Of a DNA stretch of 26,872 bases, positions 25,433 to 26,872 are shown in pieces. Positions within the stretch are counted from its first letter, which is position 1. Every line of letters begins with the position of its first letter. Origin of the DNA: a virus (taxonomy: Duplodnaviria > Caudoviricetes); the IMG/VR virus record IMGVR_UViG_3300020221_000106, positions 1 to 26,872 of that record. One strand, 5' to 3'. The translations under genes and the position numbers were made by a program. The notes below the pieces were generated by a model. It searched no databases. It was not told the origin of the DNA and saw only the letters and a program-made list of their open reading frames with translations.

Positions 25433-26872
25433 ATGTCTATTTCAATCAATAGTTTTACGCCTACCTCTGCTGTCTCTCCCGAAAATGGAGTAATAACTTT
25501 TTTTGTAAATGCATCTTCTAGTTTAGGACAAAGTTTAAATTATCAATGGCAAAAATCTGATGATGGTATAATCTGGCAAGATCTTCCTGGAGAAATTTAT
25601 ACTAATTATACGACTCCAGCTTTAACGTTAGCATATAATGGAGATTATTACAGAGTAAAAGTTTACACTATTGGCACTGGCGGTTTAAGTAGTTATACTG
25701 AATATGGTCCAGATGCCAATGGCGCGGTTGTAACAGTAACTACCGCTGTATCATTAGTTTTTGTTACTCCATTAGAACCTTCTTATAGTGTTAACGCGGG
25801 GAGTAATCTTTCTATGGTGGTAGAGTGTTCTTTAACTCCATCAAACTCAGCAACTCAAACTAACGTCAGCACAATATCATTACAATGGCAATTTAGCGAT
25901 AATGGTGGTATAACTTGGTCTAACGTTCCTGCTAGTCAATATAGTAGTCTAACGGAATCCGTGATACCAGCAGGTACAACTGGAGCGTTTGTAAAAGCAT
26001 CGACATTTATAAAAAGTAGTGTTACAACTGAATATAATCAAAGAAGGTATAGAGTAATTGCTACTAGTAGTTTAGCAACTTCACCTAGCACTTCTTCATC
26101 AGCGGTTGTTTTAATATCATCTTCAATAACAATAACAAAACAACCAGGAACTGGATCTGACATAACAACTTGTTTTAAATATTTACCATCGCAACCAACT
26201 ACTACTGGTAAATTAAGATTATCTGTAGATGCGACTAGTTCTGCAGGATCTTTTAGTAATTTGAGTTATCAATGGTATTATGCAATTACAGACCCAAATA
26301 TCATAGGTCCTATAAGTTTTTCTCCATTCAATGATGGTCGAGTTGATCAAAAATTTACTGCAATAGGAGCACAACAAAAGACTTTAAATTTGACCGAGGT
26401 AAATTGGGTGGGGTCTGATGTTAATGGTCATGGATTAAAATTTTATTGTCAGATAGAAGGCACTTCTGGAGAAACTTCAGTTTATACTGACATCGCTACT
26501 GTAATTATTGAGCAATCTGTTGTTGTTGATCAACATGTTGTTTCCAGTCTTTCTGTTGTCGAAGACATATATGGAGATATTCCCGACAGAGATGCTTATA
26601 TAGAAGCAGTGCAAAATGCTACATTTCTTGTTTCTTTATTAGAATCTCCTGCTGAAACGCCCCTGGAAGGCACTGCTCAAACAAACGGATTCCCAATTAC
26701 TATTCAGTGGCAAAGAAAAAATCCTGATATATCAGCTAATATATCAGGACAAGATATTACTATTAGCTCCACGCAGTCATATACAATTAGTGGCACTAGT
26801 TATCCAGTAAGGGGTGTTTTATGGGTGCCTACTGGATTATCTGCATCTAGTATTGATGTTGTTGTTTGCTAT
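25433..26872 (+). CDS. Virion protein with tandem Ig-like domains; 3' truncated, absent from ORF track
   Basis: ATG 25433 (MSISINSFTPTS...). The frame is open in the stretches I translated and still open at the window end (...WVPTGLSASSIDVVVCY). Recurring Ig signatures: LNYQWQKS..W..DYYRVKV (25541), LQWQFS..W..RRYRVI (25880), LSYQWY..KFYCQI (26267), IQWQRK (26702). Confidence 0.85.
   Translation, partial: MSISINSFTPTSAVSPENGVITFFVNASSSLGQSLNYQWQKSDDGIIWQDLPGEIYTNYTTPALTLAYNGDYYRVKVYTIGTGGLSSYTEYGPDANGAVVTVTTAVSLVFVTPLEPSYSVNAGSNLSMVVECSLTPSNSATQTNVSTISLQWQFSDNGGITWSNVPASQYSSLTESVIPAGTTGAFVKASTFIKSSVTTEYNQRRYRVIATSSLATSPSTSSSAVVLISSSITITKQPGTGSDITTCFKYLPSQPTTTGKLRLSVDATSSAGSFSNLSYQWYYAITDPNIIGPISFSPFNDGRVDQKFTAIGAQQKTLNLTEVNWVGSDVNGHGLKFYCQIEGTSGETSVYTDIATVIIEQSVVVDQHVVSSLSVVEDIYGDIPDRDAYIEAVQNATFLVSLLESPAETPLEGTAQTNGFPITIQWQRKNPDISANISGQDITISSTQSYTISGTSYPVRGVLWVPTGLSASSIDVVVCY

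Noticed and set aside
1-26872. CRISPR array, diversity-generating retroelement, intron/intein, transposase or stop-codon recoding
   Set aside because: I saw no regularly spaced nucleotide repeats and no RT, homing-endonuclease or intein motifs. The KCxRD repeats are diverged at DNA level. Genes are intact in the standard code, with TAA, TAG and TGA all used as stops.

Overview
AT-rich, gene-dense segment of a T4-like myovirus genome with every real gene on the + strand. It is most likely a cyanophage, because it carries a phage-type cp12. The left part (1-10614) is a baseplate-hub/tail module: two long low-complexity hub/tape-measure-like proteins (one with a lambda-R-like lysozyme domain, one with a CHAP-like amidase domain), a gp27-like hub protein, cp12, a gp5 N-terminal OB-fold protein without lysozyme, and a separate gp5-C-like beta-helix spike gene. 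The middle (10615-12147) is a small early island with a near-consensus sigma70 promoter, three small ORFs, tRNA-Leu(UAA), a 2OG-Fe(II) oxygenase, tRNA-Thr(UGU) and a terminator. The right part (12149-26872) starts with a T4 late promoter, followed by a 3757-aa virion structural protein, two tail-collar fibre proteins and a truncated tandem-Ig protein missing from the ORF track. The most striking observation is that the giant protein contains four helical modules, apparently nested inside one another. Each carries a K-C-x-R-D-(I/V) motif in a context that resembles the bilin-attachment site of phycobiliproteins. All family calls come from reading motifs by eye; no database search was run.
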